Assembly: GCF_037042905.1 (NCBI RefSeq)
Contig: NC_087251.1
Span: forward strand, 15,378,001-15,442,000
Direction of reading: 5' to 3'
Source: Lytechinus pictus
Lineage: Eukaryota
Length of the DNA stretch: 64,000 nucleotides
The notes under the pieces: generated by a model
Databases searched by the model: none
What the model saw: the letters and a program-made list of their open reading frames with translations, nothing else
What the model was told of the DNA's origin: nothing
Part shown: positions 49,403-62,981 of the stretch, piece after piece
Layout: every line of letters begins with the position of its first letter
Numbering within the stretch: position 1 is the first letter of the stretch
Program-made: the position numbers and the translations under genes

Positions 49403-50342
49403 ATCAAAAGTTTGCATCATAGCTAGATTGTATGAGAGCTGACTGGCTCAGAATACATGTAGATAAATATGCTAATAGATTGAATATCTATTAGAATTTT
49501 TATAAATTTATGGTATACTAATGAGTCATATTTGCAAAAATGGAAGTTTATGCACAACACAAATTTTCTTTTACAATGGGATTTTAACCTTTGACAAGCT
49601 GGCTATTTGTTTCATCAAATCTTGTTCCTATAGACCCAGGGGATGGGATGGAAAGGATACGTGGATATATGGTTCAAATTTGTTACATCTGTTAAATATG
49701 GAGGTTGAAAAACATAAAAAGATAAAATCATAAGAAATTGATGTTAATTCAGCAGTAAATTTGTTGAGAATTCTACAAAGAATATTTTGATTAAAATAAG
49801 CCTCTTTGAAGCTTTATTTAGTGATATTAGCATAAATCATCCTGCATTGCTCTATGAAATTAAAATAGCTCAGGCCATATGTGGTAATAACTGAGTGCAG
49901 TTTATATTTCAAATGTACAAACTGCAAGTCACTTTTCATTTTTTTTTTTATATAAGATGGGATGACATAATGAATATACATCTGCTCAGAATGTAAAATT
50001 AAAAACACAAGCTTCAAACTTGAGTGAACTGTCAGAATTTGCACAACGTAACCATATTACAACATATAAGTGCATTGCATGGGTCAGTATGAGCTTCAAT
50101 TTTTGATCTGTATCGAATCATGTACTATCATCATGCATTCAGTTTGAGCCCATCTAAATATTGTGGTTTTTGGTTCTGATTTCATTTGAACATTTTTTTA
50201 AAATTATTTTTGGCAGGGGGGGGGGGCGCATAGGAGAGGAGGGGATTGGGATGGGTAAGAACCATCTTGATTGCATGTCAGTTGATCGATTGGTGTGCTA
50301 ATATTTTGAAACCAATCTAGAATATTTATTTTTACTGTACTA

Positions 50343-50498
50343 ATTCTTTTTGTGCAGAATCATGATACTGTATATAACTGTTAAGTGTATTTATGAAGGT
50401 GTTTGCTCCTGCTATGCAATTAAGTATTCTTTTTGTGCAGAATCATAATATATAACTGTTGAGTATATTCATGAAGGTGTTTGCTCGCGCTATGCAAT
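50343..50498. repeat. About 80-bp tandem duplication
   Basis: attctttttgtgcagaatcat...gctatgcaat occurs at 50343-50420 and 50426-50498. Confidence 0.85.
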
Positions 50499-51654
50499 CA
50501 CCAATGATTAAAGAACACTTTATTTGACTGACACCCATCATTATGAATATCCCTGTGTTAACACCATTTATTCTATTTCATATAGAATTAGAAGAAAACA
50601 TTTTAAGTGGACTGATATTAACTATTGCAGTTGTCAATACATAAGCACCTCAGGCAAAATGTTTTGAAGCTCTTCCGGTGCAACTTTGTGTTTTGAGAGG
50701 ATAGTTAATATAAACCCATGAGGTTATTCACAGTACTTCCTCTAGTGATACATGACCAATGAAAATGTTTTTATTTTTTTAACTGTGATGGAGCTGTAAT
50801 ACAGGTTTAAATTTGAGATTCATTATTCGACCATTGCTCATTGGCATGACAAAGGAAAACAGAGTGCAGGGGAAATGCTGAATTCATGCCCCTTCCTAAC
50901 TACCAACGTTGGTGGCTTACATGTATGTTGTCCATCAGAGCAAACTTGCTAGATTTTGTTTTAAACATTGGCCTTCGTTGTGCCCCCTTGAAAGTTAGGG
51001 CACCCAAGGCTTGTGCCTCTTCCCCATACAGGCTACTGCCATTGATATTGAGAAAAAAATGTAGGATCAAACCTAAAACTGAACAGTAATGACCAGTTTA
51101 TTGGGCACAAAGCCTGTATTTTCATATTGTACATCTGGTCATATGAGTTTTGAGAGAGGATAGAGAGAGAGGGAGGGGGTGGGTGGGGAAGGTCACTGGA
51201 TTAAATGGTTTTGTGCTTCAAATAAAATTGTAATGTATCTCGAACCATCTGAGTAAGCATAGTGCAATCATTTCTTGCAAGTTGAGATTGCTTTGAGGGT
51301 GGGAAAAGTAGTTCATGTAATACATTTTATGTTTGAAAGGAATTTAAAATTCAATACATGTTCTTCCAATTTGCATGATAATTCATATATTGACCAGTCT
51401 GTTTATTTTGTAAACAAATTGTTGTATTGTAATAAGCGCACCCGAACAGATATCCAAATCCTTTTTTTAAAGAGAAATATTAAGGGTTTATTTTTCATAT
51501 CTACACCCATGGAATATTTATTATACATGCAGGCCCTAATTGTATATTGATATTAGGCTTTTCATTTTTACATCAGCATGTTTCCTCATTACATGGAGAT
51601 TTCTAGTTTTAGTGCATTATTAAAATAAACAGAACTCTCTTTGAATGTGTACCA

Positions 51655-52206
51655 AACTAGCATAATGCTGAAAATTTCATCAAAAATCAGATCTAAAATA
51701 AGAAAGTTATGACATTTTAAAGTTTTGCTTATTTTTTCACAAAACAGCTGTATGCACAACTCAGTGACATGCAAATGAGACAGTGGGTGGTGTCCCTCAC
51801 TCACTATTTCTTTTGTTTTTTATTGTTTGAATTATACAATATTTGATTTTTTTCAGATTTGACAATAAGGACGAACTTGACTGAACCATATAGTATTAAA
51901 CAATGCTAATTCCATATGTTCAGTGAGAAATTAATCTTTGTTTTACTTGACAATGGGGAGAAAATTAGAATATTTCATATGGTAATAAAATACAAAAGAA
52001 ATAGTGAGTGGATGACATCATCAGTCTCCTCATTTGCATATCAACCAGGATGTGCATATAACTGTTTTGTGAAATTAAGTGAAACTTTATAATGTCATAA
52101 CTTTCTAATTTTACATCAGATTTTGATGAAAGCTTCAGTGTTAAATGCTTGTTGGAATTTTCTCTTTTTATTCAAATCAACGTTTTGTTGGGGTGAACTT
52201 GTTCTT
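51655..52206. mobile_element. Kolobok-like MITE, same family as 35213, left end eroded
   Basis: Extensive similarity to 35270-35823. Confidence 0.7.
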
Positions 52207-53722
52207 ATAACAAGATAAAGGAAGTGTTTACATGTAGGGCTTTTTATTATGAGAGAGGGAGAGAGAAAATAGTATATAAATGCATTGCCTAGAAATGTAT
52301 CTTAAACAGTTCAATAAGTACCGGTTATATAAAAGCAAATGTATTTTCTAGTTTGATGTAAATGAAATTTAAATTATTAACCTCTTTTTTGCACTTTGGA
52401 AATATTATTTTATTTATGGCTTAGTGTTTGACAATCATTAAAGAGAAGAAAGAGAAAATTACAACTTATATTATGCTCCAATTATTTCAAATGAGTGTGT
52501 GTGTTTTTTTTATCTGTCACTTAATTTATGGACGTTGTAACATAAATCAGATACAAAGGAGGGCTCATTATTTTGCAAAAGGAGTTTGATTTATTTTTCA
52601 TTTTAATAAAAGGGTGAAATTCCATTGAAAAGGTGAGTAAAATTGGCAAAAGCAGTGGGATCTATTTTGGTTTGATCTATCTGAGCATACCCTATTTATT
52701 TTTTGTCCTAATACATAATATGTTTCGTAATATGTACAAATTCAGATGAAAAAAAATGTTTTTATCCATGTCCACAAGTCGTCTACTCCCGCGTCTACTA
52801 GGGCGGGCGCGCATACGTATTTGCAAGCAGCAAGATAAATGTGCCCGCGACACATTCAGGGTGGGCGCGCGCGCGCAGCATGCTGCATGCACATGCGATG
52901 AAAGCATATGAAATATACAGCTAGCTAACTAGAGCCCGCGCGCGCGCGCCTGAACGGTCTTTCTTTTAGCATTTCCGGTAGTTCTCGGTAAGAATGTCAA
53001 TTTGTATGAATTATAATGTATCTTATAAATAGAAAAAAAAGTTGCCTATGTATAATAATCAGAGAGTGCATCTACCATGTCTAATTTATAATCGTACAAA
53101 TTTGACTTGAAAATAGCCGTATTCTTAGCGGGAGTGATTTGATCTCTCCTGACGTTCACCACGGCACTGCACTCGATTCGGGTATGGTATGCGTACCGTA
53201 CGGCCTTCCACCATTATTTACTACCACCTGTGACCTAACGTCGGGCACGCTCTGCTCCTCCGTGTACCGTACGGACAATACTCATACTGGCACTTCCTCT
53301 TCTACTGCAGTCAAACTCCATGCACAAGCGAGATATAGACCAAGTTAAGCCAAATTGTTGCAGGCGTGTGTGGCTAGTGATAAATTGGTATTAATGGTGT
53401 GCTCTCCAGATGAAATTAGAAATTTGAATTTTGCTTGGAGCATTTTTCCAAGCCAGGTTAAACTGGGAAGCAAGCAGCAAAGATAAAGAGGACTCCGTGA
53501 TGGTATATTTTTATGATTTTGATATTGCCATAATATCAAAATCATAAAATTATATTATCACAGAGTCCTCTATAGATCTAAGTCTTAAATCTATATTTTT
53601 GTAATATGTAGATCTAGACCGGCTAAGTTAGGCCTGCATGTAGATCGACTATGTTGTAATTTATTTCTCTGTCATTTTGTTTCTCACACAGAAACCAGTA
53701 ACAACAACCCCCGAATTCCATC

Positions 53723-56700
53723 ATGGTGAGTTGACTATTTCCTTTCATATATATATTTTTGTAAATGACACCTTTGTAATATTCATGCTACAGTCATTAA
53801 TCTGGGAAATAATGTTTTTGTGAAATTGTAGTGAAAGTTTTTTATTTTGCATGACTTTATTCTTATTGCAAGTGGGGTCCTTAATTATAATCTATTGTGT
53901 ACATGTAACATCCTGGCAAACGAAATTAATTGTGAATGCGATACATCATGGCCATATGCATATATTTTCTTTTAGTGGGGGGATGCATAAAAAAACATTT
54001 TGAAGAAACGCTAGGGAGAGAATCATGGCACTTGCATTTTGTCTTGCCCACTGGAGGTGTCCGTTGCCATCTGTCACAAACATTATGACAGATAACTTTG
54101 CAACCATAAATCATTTTTCAACCAAATTTGGATTGTAGTCGCTTTGATCGGGGATCAGTTGTGAAGGTTTCTAAAGGGGAAATCCAGTCTTGGTCATAAA
54201 ATGTTGTGTTGGAAAAGTAAAAATTAAAACAGTGAAAGAGTGACAGAAATCGGACAAGTAATGAGAAAGTTATGGCTGCTTGAAATTTAAGATCCCTAAG
54301 ACTAGATTTTAAATTGGCAACTGGGTAAAGTAAATTATGGCAAGGGGGCAGGGGCAAATACAAATTTCCCATAGGCCATATTCTTAATTATCAGGGATTT
54401 GTGGTTTTCTCCTAAGTACCCATTACCCTGAGGCAGTAATCTTGATATAACCCAGGTAGTGTACCATGTGAGTAAAAAAAAACTTAACAGCTGACAAATA
54501 CCCAATTTAAGAAAAAAAAAGATTGATACCATATGTGTTAGCGGCAACGCTTGGATGATCCAGAGATATTCTTTGCAGTGATGCAAATTTTGATTTTCGC
54601 CAAAGTCGGGCATGAATGCAATGCATGAACCCCAGATTCAAATGATGTCATAATCCTACAGTACATGAGTTAGTAAACATATTTACAAATCAATTTCAGT
54701 GAAATTAAATTGAGAAATGAGAATCGATACTTGAGAGTATTTATTGAACAATTTTAATGTAAATTACTGAAAAAGTATTTAAAACTGGATTTTAATGGAA
54801 CTCTTGTAGGATTATGCCATCTGAATTCCTTCATTGCAGTCATACATGTACCTCCTGATCATCCAAGCGTTAACACATACCACATAAATATGGTAATAGG
54901 CATTCATCACATATTTTTTTCTTAAATTGGTGATTTGTGAGGTGTCGAGTTTTTTTTTACTCACACGGTATTGGCTGCATTTATGCTACCTAAGCCAGAA
55001 TCATTCAAAACACGAACACAAATCACGTTAACTGCAGAATCTGCATTTAGTCGACCCTCTCTCCAACGCCGTTTCTTCCTCACTTCAGTCCTAGCCAGTG
55101 CACATCGTAGTGTGCAGTTTGACCCCCGAATTATAGGTCAACTGTGGGTTTACAGTTTAGGTCAAGTGGGTTTACTAGTAATTGCAAATGATAGACAACA
55201 TTATTTTTCAATACATGTGCACGGCTACTGTGTGAAACGAGAGCGAAGAATACCAATGGCAGCATATGATATGCCATGAACACGGAAGTAGGCCGACACA
55301 ATGACGTCATAGAATCATGTTTCAAATCACAGTGACAGTTACAGTGTACGTTTATTCAACCTCTTTCGAACGTGATTCTGCAGAAACGTCTTTCCAAATG
55401 CCCCTTTTTCCATGTTTCATGTTTGTGATTTGAAACATGATTACTTTTACTTGTGACTAAATCCAATTGTGATTCTGCAGAATTGTCTTGAATCGTGATT
55501 TAACCCTAACTAGGCCGGGCTTTTTTGGCTGTTCTGTGGCCGGGGGGGGGGGGTTGATTCAACCCCCCCCTGAGATCTCGGCCGCCGATCACGCGAGCGC
55601 CGCAAAAATTTGCACACTGGTAGTGTGCGATGTAATCTACAAGGCTGTATGGTAAAATTTTCAAAAATAATGAGATTTTATTTTATATGAATTAATTATG
55701 CTAATTTATGCATAAATCATACTTTTTGCTCTAATTCACTAAATAAAGCTCCTAGAATGCTAATTTTTGGTAAAAATATTCTTTGTAGCATTCTTAACAA
55801 CCGCAATTAAAAAAAACTTTGGTTTGGAAATCATTTTCTTATGTATTTTATTGTTTTATGAATTTCTTATGTATTTCTTTGTTTTTCAACCTTTTGTTTT
55901 TCTTTGTTTTTTTCACCAGATTTATTGCACAACCTTTTTGAAGCATAATTATGCTAAAATCAATTGATTTCAGCTGTTTAAAGTAAAAATAATCATATCT
56001 TTATGAATAAGATGAGAAAACTCAATTTGCATTGACTTTGTACACAAAATCACGTTTTGGAACAATTTTTGGTCTGACATGCACTTACGAAATGTTGCGT
56101 AATTTCGGAACCGCGTACCCGGGTGTCGTAAATTTGGTCTCAAAAGATGCGCGAGACTTAAAAGTATATACTCTGCGAGTGGCGCGGTCAAAACATTTCA
56201 CGCGGCGGAATGATCGCAGAAAATGTTGAGGGGGGGGTTGATTCAACCCCCCCCCGGCCATTTTAGGGTTTTAAATCATGATTCTAGGGTAAAAAAGTTG
56301 TGCGTAAACGCAACCAATGGTATATGTCGTGAAAGAAAAATACTATTTGAAGTAAATCTTTTGAAAAACTAACATTTTAGCCATTTTATGTATTGGAGTA
56401 CATGGAAGTGTAGTCCTTGTCTTTCTTCACTGTGACATCACTATGTGGTCAATTTGAAGTCTCCATAGGTATAGTGATTACCAATTTTTACAACTTGTAA
56501 AAATTCTTAACTTTCTTATTGTTCATCCGATATTGTTAAAATTTTCATCTATCAACTTTTCTGATTTGTCTTTTTCCTCTAAAAAAAAGTTTTTATTTCG
56601 GTTGGATATCCCCTTTAAAGAATCAGGTCAATTTGAAGAAAGACATTTTATTAAATGCATGACCTAACTAAGAGGTTTTAAGTCCTCCCACATGGCGTAT

Positions 56701-59700
56701 TGATGTTGTAAAAAAAAAAAAAAATAAACTAGTTTTCATCAGTTTGGGTTAATTTTTTATTTTTTAGAATTATATTGAAAATGACTGATTGGTATTGAAT
56801 GTATGTTTTAATTGCAGTCCTCTGGAATGAAAGCTGATTTCACTATTCTTGAGCATGCCAAGGGATTTCAAAAGAAAGAAGACCAGTTCTTAGTTATTGA
56901 ATTAGTAGCAAATGAAGTAAGTATATGTACATAATTTTCATACTAGCATATGCAATAGAATCGGCAGGTTCTCTGTAGGCATTGGTGTTAATATTTGATG
57001 CAATTTTCATAGAAAACCATATTGATTTTGTCTCGCCTGCATAACAGAGCGATATTAGGTGCTGCTTTTCTGACGGCGGTGTCAACATTGAAATCTTAAG
57101 GTTAAGTTTTTGAAATATATTATCATAACTTAGAAAGTATATGGACCTAGTTCATGAAGCTTAAACACAAGGGTAATGAAGTACTTTATATTAGCTAATA
57201 TTTTGGGGAATTGTGGGGGTCCCAACATTTTCACAGGTTGTTAAATTCGTGATCAGAAGATGTATCAAACACTTCCAAAACATTACAGAGAAGCAAAAAA
57301 TAGTGCAAAACGTGCAAAAATATGCTCCTCAAAGCCCCAATGCTGACATGTATTTTGTACATAAATATATCCCTGTAAAGAACAGTTAGAAATTGTAAAA
57401 AAAGTAGCATGAATTTCACTTTTTTTGTAACTTTAGATCTGAAAATTCATTCACTATCGGTGCCGCTTTTCTGACGGCGGTGGCGCCGGTGTCGTCAACA
57501 TTGAAATCTTAACCAAGGTTAAGTTTTTGAAATGTCATCATAACTTATAAATTATATGGAGCTAGTTCATGAAACTTGGACATAGGGTAATCAAGTATTA
57601 CTGAACATCCTGCCTGAGACTCGGGTCACATGACCAAGGTCAAAGGTCATTTAGGGTCAATGAACTTGGACCATGTTGAGGGAATCGATATTGAAATCTT
57701 AACCAAGGTAAAGTTTTTGAAATGTCATAACTTAAAAAGTATATGGACCTAGTTCATGAAACTTAGACATATGGGTAATAGTGTATCACTGAAGATCGTG
57801 CCTGAATTTCTGGTCACATGACCAAGATTTAAGGTCAATAAACTTTGGCCGTGTTGGGGGTATTTGTTGAACTGGCATCATAACTTTATAAACTCATAAG
57901 TTTATGGATCTACATGTACACATGTAGTTTATGAAACATAGACATAATGGGTCACATGATCATGGTCAAAAGTCATGCTGGGTCAATTGACATATTATTT
58001 TATTATCATATGAGTGTGATCAATTTATTCAATAGCTGTTTTCAAAGTCAGTACTGCTGCTATATTAAATCGCTTAATGCAGGTGAGACTGTCAGAGGCG
58101 TTCCACTTGTGTGATTTCACATATGAACAACTTTCCCTGTGATGGACTTAAAAATACCACAAAATGTCTCTTTTTGCTCTTTTGAATGGTGATACAAACT
58201 CTTTATCCATAATGTATTCTTTAAAAATCTGTATTACATGCCCTCCTATAGAAAGATTACATGATCTACTGATAGAAGTGATGAAACAACGGCAGTTTAA
58301 GTGAAACATATACAAAAGTAATGGGAAAATTGTTCAAAAGTCAACTCCTAGCATGATATAGTATAATGCAGGCAATAATGCCACTGATGTTTCATTTGTT
58401 TTTTTGTGTTTTTTTATGTTCATTGATGATTTACTTTTAATGTAAATGTATTAGATCAAGAAGCATTGTTCAAGTTATCTATTTTGAATTAAGGGATTTT
58501 GTGTTTTTTCTTTCTTTTCTTCTGCAGGGTGCTCAAAAGGGAAAAAAGGGTAATACTACATATGTAAGTACTCCCTTTTCAGGGGCATTCATGTACACCT
58601 TAGTACCCAGGTCACTTTAAGTTGGTTGTGTGGTCAGTTTTGGCCTGAATGAAACAGGGTTGGGTTCAATTTCAAGATAATTAATTAAAATTATGTAATT
58701 AATTACATTTCTTAGTAATTTTAATTAAAATTTTGAAAGGAAATTAATTGTAATTGACTTCAAGTAATGTCAATTACTTTGAAGTACTTTTAATTACATT
58801 CAATCACTTTACAATACACTTAATATATTATTCATTTAATTCACTCTGGATTGCTTATTTCTCTTTTTCCCCTAGCTATAAACTATATTACTCTCTTGCA
58901 TGAAACTGCATCCTTTCCCATGATGTGGATGAAAGAAGAGACACCATAGGAATTAGAATACTTTATTCTTTGTTGGCCTTTTTCTTTCAAAGACACCATA
59001 AGAATAATATGGCTAGCTTTAGGAATTTACCTGAAAATTACATGTACATGTAACTCACCCAACTTTTATAACAAGCCTGAAATCATGATATTTTAGCATT
59101 TGTGATCTTCAGATTTATAAAGAATTTAAAAAAAAACCTTACCTGGGGGATGTTTTGGAAAGCGTTAAAGTGTGACTTGGTCAAGCTTATCACACACAGT
59201 ATCAATCGCACTTTACCTCATTGATGATTGTGTAGTACCATGCAAGATCTAACCAATGTGATTCTGCACTATATACATGTGCATGTACCACTTGCATCTG
59301 AGAATTTAAGTGTGATTTTTAGCTCATCCAGTCCGTCGTCTGTTGTCCGTCCACAATTTCAAAATGCTTCTTCGTAATTTCATTTCTGTTTGCTTTATAT
59401 TATAGCACTAGGTGGGGTATTCAAAACTTCTATGCAGAATTTTGAAAACTCACAAAATATGCTTCTTATTTGTTGACTGATTTTGATTTTTTTTTCCATC
59501 TGAGAGCTACATGAGGTTAACCAAGGTTCTACTCAGAATTAAGAAATTTTGACCAGAAAATTATTAATGCTAATTTATATGAAATGTATTCATAAATCAC
59601 AAAAAAATGCTTCTTTTTATAATTTCTTCATCAATTTCAATTCTGTTTCCTCAATTTATGTCAACAATATTATTCACTACAGTGTCAACTGGACTGAAAT

Positions 59701-60699
59701 AAAAAATTGTGTTAAATTTCGTTGCAAGATTCCAGATGAGCTCCACATCATTGAAGTGCTAGTTTTTAGTCAGACTTAAATATTCCTAGTGCAACAACAC
59801 CCTTGCCAAGTGAATTAGGACCAGAGGGCTGTGTTGAAATTAATATTTTTACTCCTTCATGTATTGTAGGACTGGAAAGATATAACAGACAAGGCAAAAA
59901 GCAGCAGACTTGTTGGTAAAACCCATGATCTTATGGACCATGATCAGGTCAAACCAAATTTTGAAGAATTCCGCGAGACTTACTTCACAGATGCACGTGC
60001 TTGCTTAGCATTCTATGATTTCAGTGTAGTAAAACCACTTGTGGAGGCTAAATCTTACAAGATCGCCGCATTCAAATGGTAAGTTGCCTTTCTTGTTATA
60101 CAAGGCAATCCTTGAGAATTCTGGAGAAAGTGTGCTGAGAGTAGTATTTTTGTGGGCCACCCAGCATGCTGGAAGGCACACTCAGCTTGTTCATAAGTTA
60201 TGTGAACAACAATCACTGTGACTACCTATAGCAACCTAACAGTCAACTTGGCAAACTAAAAATCATATATGTTGCCTGACTGGCAACCAAAGAAAAAACT
60301 GAAGTTAAGCCCTGATTAAAATTCAATATTCAAGTAGACTTTCATTCCTGAGAATTTAGCCATCATGCATTTTTTAAGAAATGAAAGATTTCCACACATT
60401 TTTAGATTGTTTATTCTTGCATAAATCAGTTTCCCAATTTAGCTTTGCAGGAGATATTGACATAACAGTAATTTACCTTTGTTCAGGTTTCTCTCACATG
60501 TACTTAACTGTGTATTATTTGCATGTCATTGTGCTTTTTCAGGTGTCCAGACACACTGCAAGTTGGCAAGAAGATGGTCTTTGCATCCAGTGTAGAAACA
60601 CTTAGGAAAGATTGTTCTGTGAGTGCACATATAATTCCTGGTACTGACCCAGATGAATTGACGTTTGAGGGCGTACTGAAGGAATTGGAAGGCAAGTAA
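53723..60699 (+). CDS. ADF/cofilin-like gene B, 167 aa: join(53723..53725,56818..56916,58528..58563,59870..60078,60543..60699)
   Basis: Same exon and phase pattern as gene A; catcATG|gtgagt. Protein: M|SSGMKADFTILEHAKGFQKKEDQFLVIELVANE|GAQKGKKGNTTY|DWKDITDKAKSSRLVGKTHDLMDHDQVKPNFEEFRETYFTDARACLAFYDFSVVKPLVEAKSYKIAAFKW|CPDTLQVGKKMVFASSVETLRKDCSVSAHIIPGTDPDELTFEGVLKELEGK*, with MSSG, YDF and WCPD....KKM.FASS motifs. Confidence 0.9.
54464..54968. mobile_element. TA-flanked palindromic MITE (Tc1/mariner-like)
   Basis: ta|ccatgtgagtaaaaaaaa...ttttttttactcacacgg|ta with long inverted arms. Confidence 0.7.
54973..56315. mobile_element. Harbinger-like MITE split by a piggyBac-like element
   Basis: ggctgcatttatgc / gcgtaaacgcaacc imperfect TIR; gaatca(c/t)g/cgtgattc repeats. 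Confidence 0.55.
55504..56268. mobile_element. piggyBac-like MITE
   Basis: ttaa|ccctaa...ttaggg; very similar to 62982-63731. Confidence 0.85.
56818..56916 (+). CDS. Cofilin-like gene B coding exon 2
   Basis: ttgcag acceptor and gtaagt donor; SSGMKADF...LVANE. Confidence 0.85.
57026..58110 (+). mobile_element. Helentron-associated (HINE/DINE-1/Tsp-like) non-autonomous element
   Basis: Subterminal IRs gtctcgcctgcat (57030-57042) and atgcaggtgagac (58077-58089); short 3' tail ending ccacttgt; internal tandem units of about 185-190 bp containing gaccaaggtcaaaggtca. Confidence 0.65.
58528..58563 (+). CDS. Cofilin-like gene B 36-nt microexon (GAQKGKKGNTTY)
   Basis: Strong pyrimidine tract plus ctgcag acceptor, gtaagt donor, phase 0-0. 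Confidence 0.78.
59318..59765 (+). mobile_element. Degenerate HINE-like element
   Basis: tttagctcatc...gatgagctc subterminal IR; gtccgtcgtc microsatellite; ends ctagtttt. Confidence 0.5.
59870..60078 (+). CDS. Cofilin-like gene B coding exon 4
   Basis: Open for 209 nt; TG|gtaagt splits the conserved Trp codon. Confidence 0.87.
60543..60699 (+). CDS. Cofilin-like gene B last coding exon
   Basis: WCPDTLQVGKKMVFASS; TAA at 60697-60699. Confidence 0.92.
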
Positions 60700-62981
60700 A
60701 TACACAGGCCCTAGAACTGATTCCAGCCTAATCTCAAAAGCAAAGAGGGTTAATTATTTTTTTAATTTCAATTCCAGAACATCTAATAGAAAGGCGTATG
60801 TGCACTACTGCATACAAAATGAATATGGTGTGATTATGAATAGAACTATCTGTTCATCTACAAATGGCCCTTAGTAATAATTAGTGAGGAGTAGCTCTGT
60901 TTACTATTATTATAACTTGTATAGAGGTTAAGGACCAATTTCAAAAGTGTAACATTTGCTATCTCCTTAGAAAATTCAGCAATTTCTTTATGACTTGTAC
61001 AAGGTTTATCATAAAGCACCTGCCCTGCAATGGCTATGTAGCCGCTCTGCAGAAACATGGAGAATTGGTGCCACTATTTTTCTGTTTTATATCATTACAT
61101 TTGACATATTCGTGATTGAAGAGATACTTTATTGGGGCCGGAGAATCAACCATGTCAATAGGTGACTTCAGGTTAGATTTTGACCTTTTGGTTTACTTCA
61201 GCCCAGCGCCATATGAAGCTGTTGCTAGGAAGTATCTCACTGGGTGTTGAGATATCAATGATGTGATTAGGATCATTATATAACCTCACATGTGGTGTTT
61301 AGACACTGAACTTGAAATCACCCTTTGTGTTGATGCCAGGTTTTGAATTAATTTTCAATGGAACACATCCATGTTACATGTACAATCACAATTTCTGTAT
61401 TCTTGGTGGGGGGGGGGGGGGGTAGAGACAGTCAAGAGTTTTCGTTACAGGATGGTAACTTAGAGAATTGTTCATGACATAGCTCAGGTCACAATGAGAA
61501 TCCATGCAAAAATAAATGCATTTTATCATCAAGTTCACATCATTCAGTTGAAATACTGTCATTTCTGGAAACAGAAAGGAACAGAGCCCTATTAGGCAAT
61601 CAAGTATGTGCTCATGTGTGTACAGTAAATTGACTAGTTTGGAGGTATTCAATCATGTCTGCCATGGATTTTTATTGTTTTCCTCCAGCTTAAGAGCAAA
61701 AGCTCTATTGCTTATTGTATGAGAGGATGGTTTTATGAAACTTGGAGACATTGAAGTTGTGGAGTGGACAGTTGTATGAAGTTTTGGGGGACTGCTTTTT
61801 TATATATATATGTAAACCCATGAAGGTTGTTGCAGTACTTCAAAAGTGTTTCATAAAACTTATAAGCATTTTTTCCCCATTACAATTGAGCTATTTTATC
61901 TAGAAATAAATGCCTCATTATGCTACCAACCACTGATGATCAATTGGGCTGGTCTTTGTCTGGTTTTCTTACAGTTAGGGGGTGTCAAAAGAATTTGAAC
62001 TAATCATGAATCCTAGCACTGCATTATTGAAAAAAGGTTTTCATATGATAATGACTTGAGGAATCTGAGAGAATTATGATCATTCCTGGAAAGTTGATGT
62101 TGGTTTTAGTCTTTACCTGTAAGGAGACGGTAGGGTGTAGTTATGTAAATATATCTTTTGTTTAAAGAATGATTGACATATGAACTATTTCTATGTTTGA
62201 TAATTCATCATGATATTTACAAAGCTTTGATCTTTTCACTTCTAATATATTAATTCTTTATTTTATGGTATACATATCAAAATACTTTTTTTTAAATAGA
62301 AACATCACAGAATTTCCTTTTCTTCAAGTTTAAGTTGAAAAGTTCCAATAAGAAAATGAAATCGGCAAAAGGAGTTTTGGTGATTAGGGTTGTGGTTATA
62401 TATATTCATATTTAGGATTTTTATATCGTTCATTCATACAAAATTGCTCTGTTTTAGAAACCTATTTGAAATGCTTTTTTTGTTGCAGCCGGAGAAATGT
62501 TGGGTTATTGTATTTACAATGTCATAAGCGTTCCCATAACCAACAGTGGTTTCCTAATGTTGATGCATTAAAAACAACAATACATGATATGTCCTTCATT
62601 TTGTCCAGCAAGATGAGTAAAGTGTTCATAAGAAATGGCTAATGTGTTATGCAGTATTTAAATCGTATTTAAAGATGTAACAGAATCGATTGAAAATTAG
62701 GAGCCTTATTAATCTACATGTCTTTGGTTTTTCTTTTTAAGTTAATTAATGGTGAAGAAAATGTGTACATAATGTACATGTATTCATGATAAAATGACCA
62801 AGAGATTTCCCTGTTATTCCACTTTTCGATGTTTATTATCTTTAATTGATTTTGTATGTACCATTAGCAAGAGGAATAGTAAAATTAAACTTTAACTCCA
62901 TCATTTTTGCATCAAATCATTATGTGTGTGTGGATGTGGGTGTGTGTGTTCATAATGTTCTGATACTTGTTACAGGGTTAA

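Larger units (their letters stand above)
54175..56614. mobile_element. Kolobok-like MITE hosting three nested elements in the gene B intron
   Basis: aggggaaatcca/tggatatcccct; flanks ctaa/ttaa. Confidence 0.7.

Noticed and set aside
52780..53345. Promoter and first exon of gene B
   Set aside because: CpG-rich and suitably placed, but there is no convincing splice donor and part may be repeat-derived, so no boundaries can be supported.
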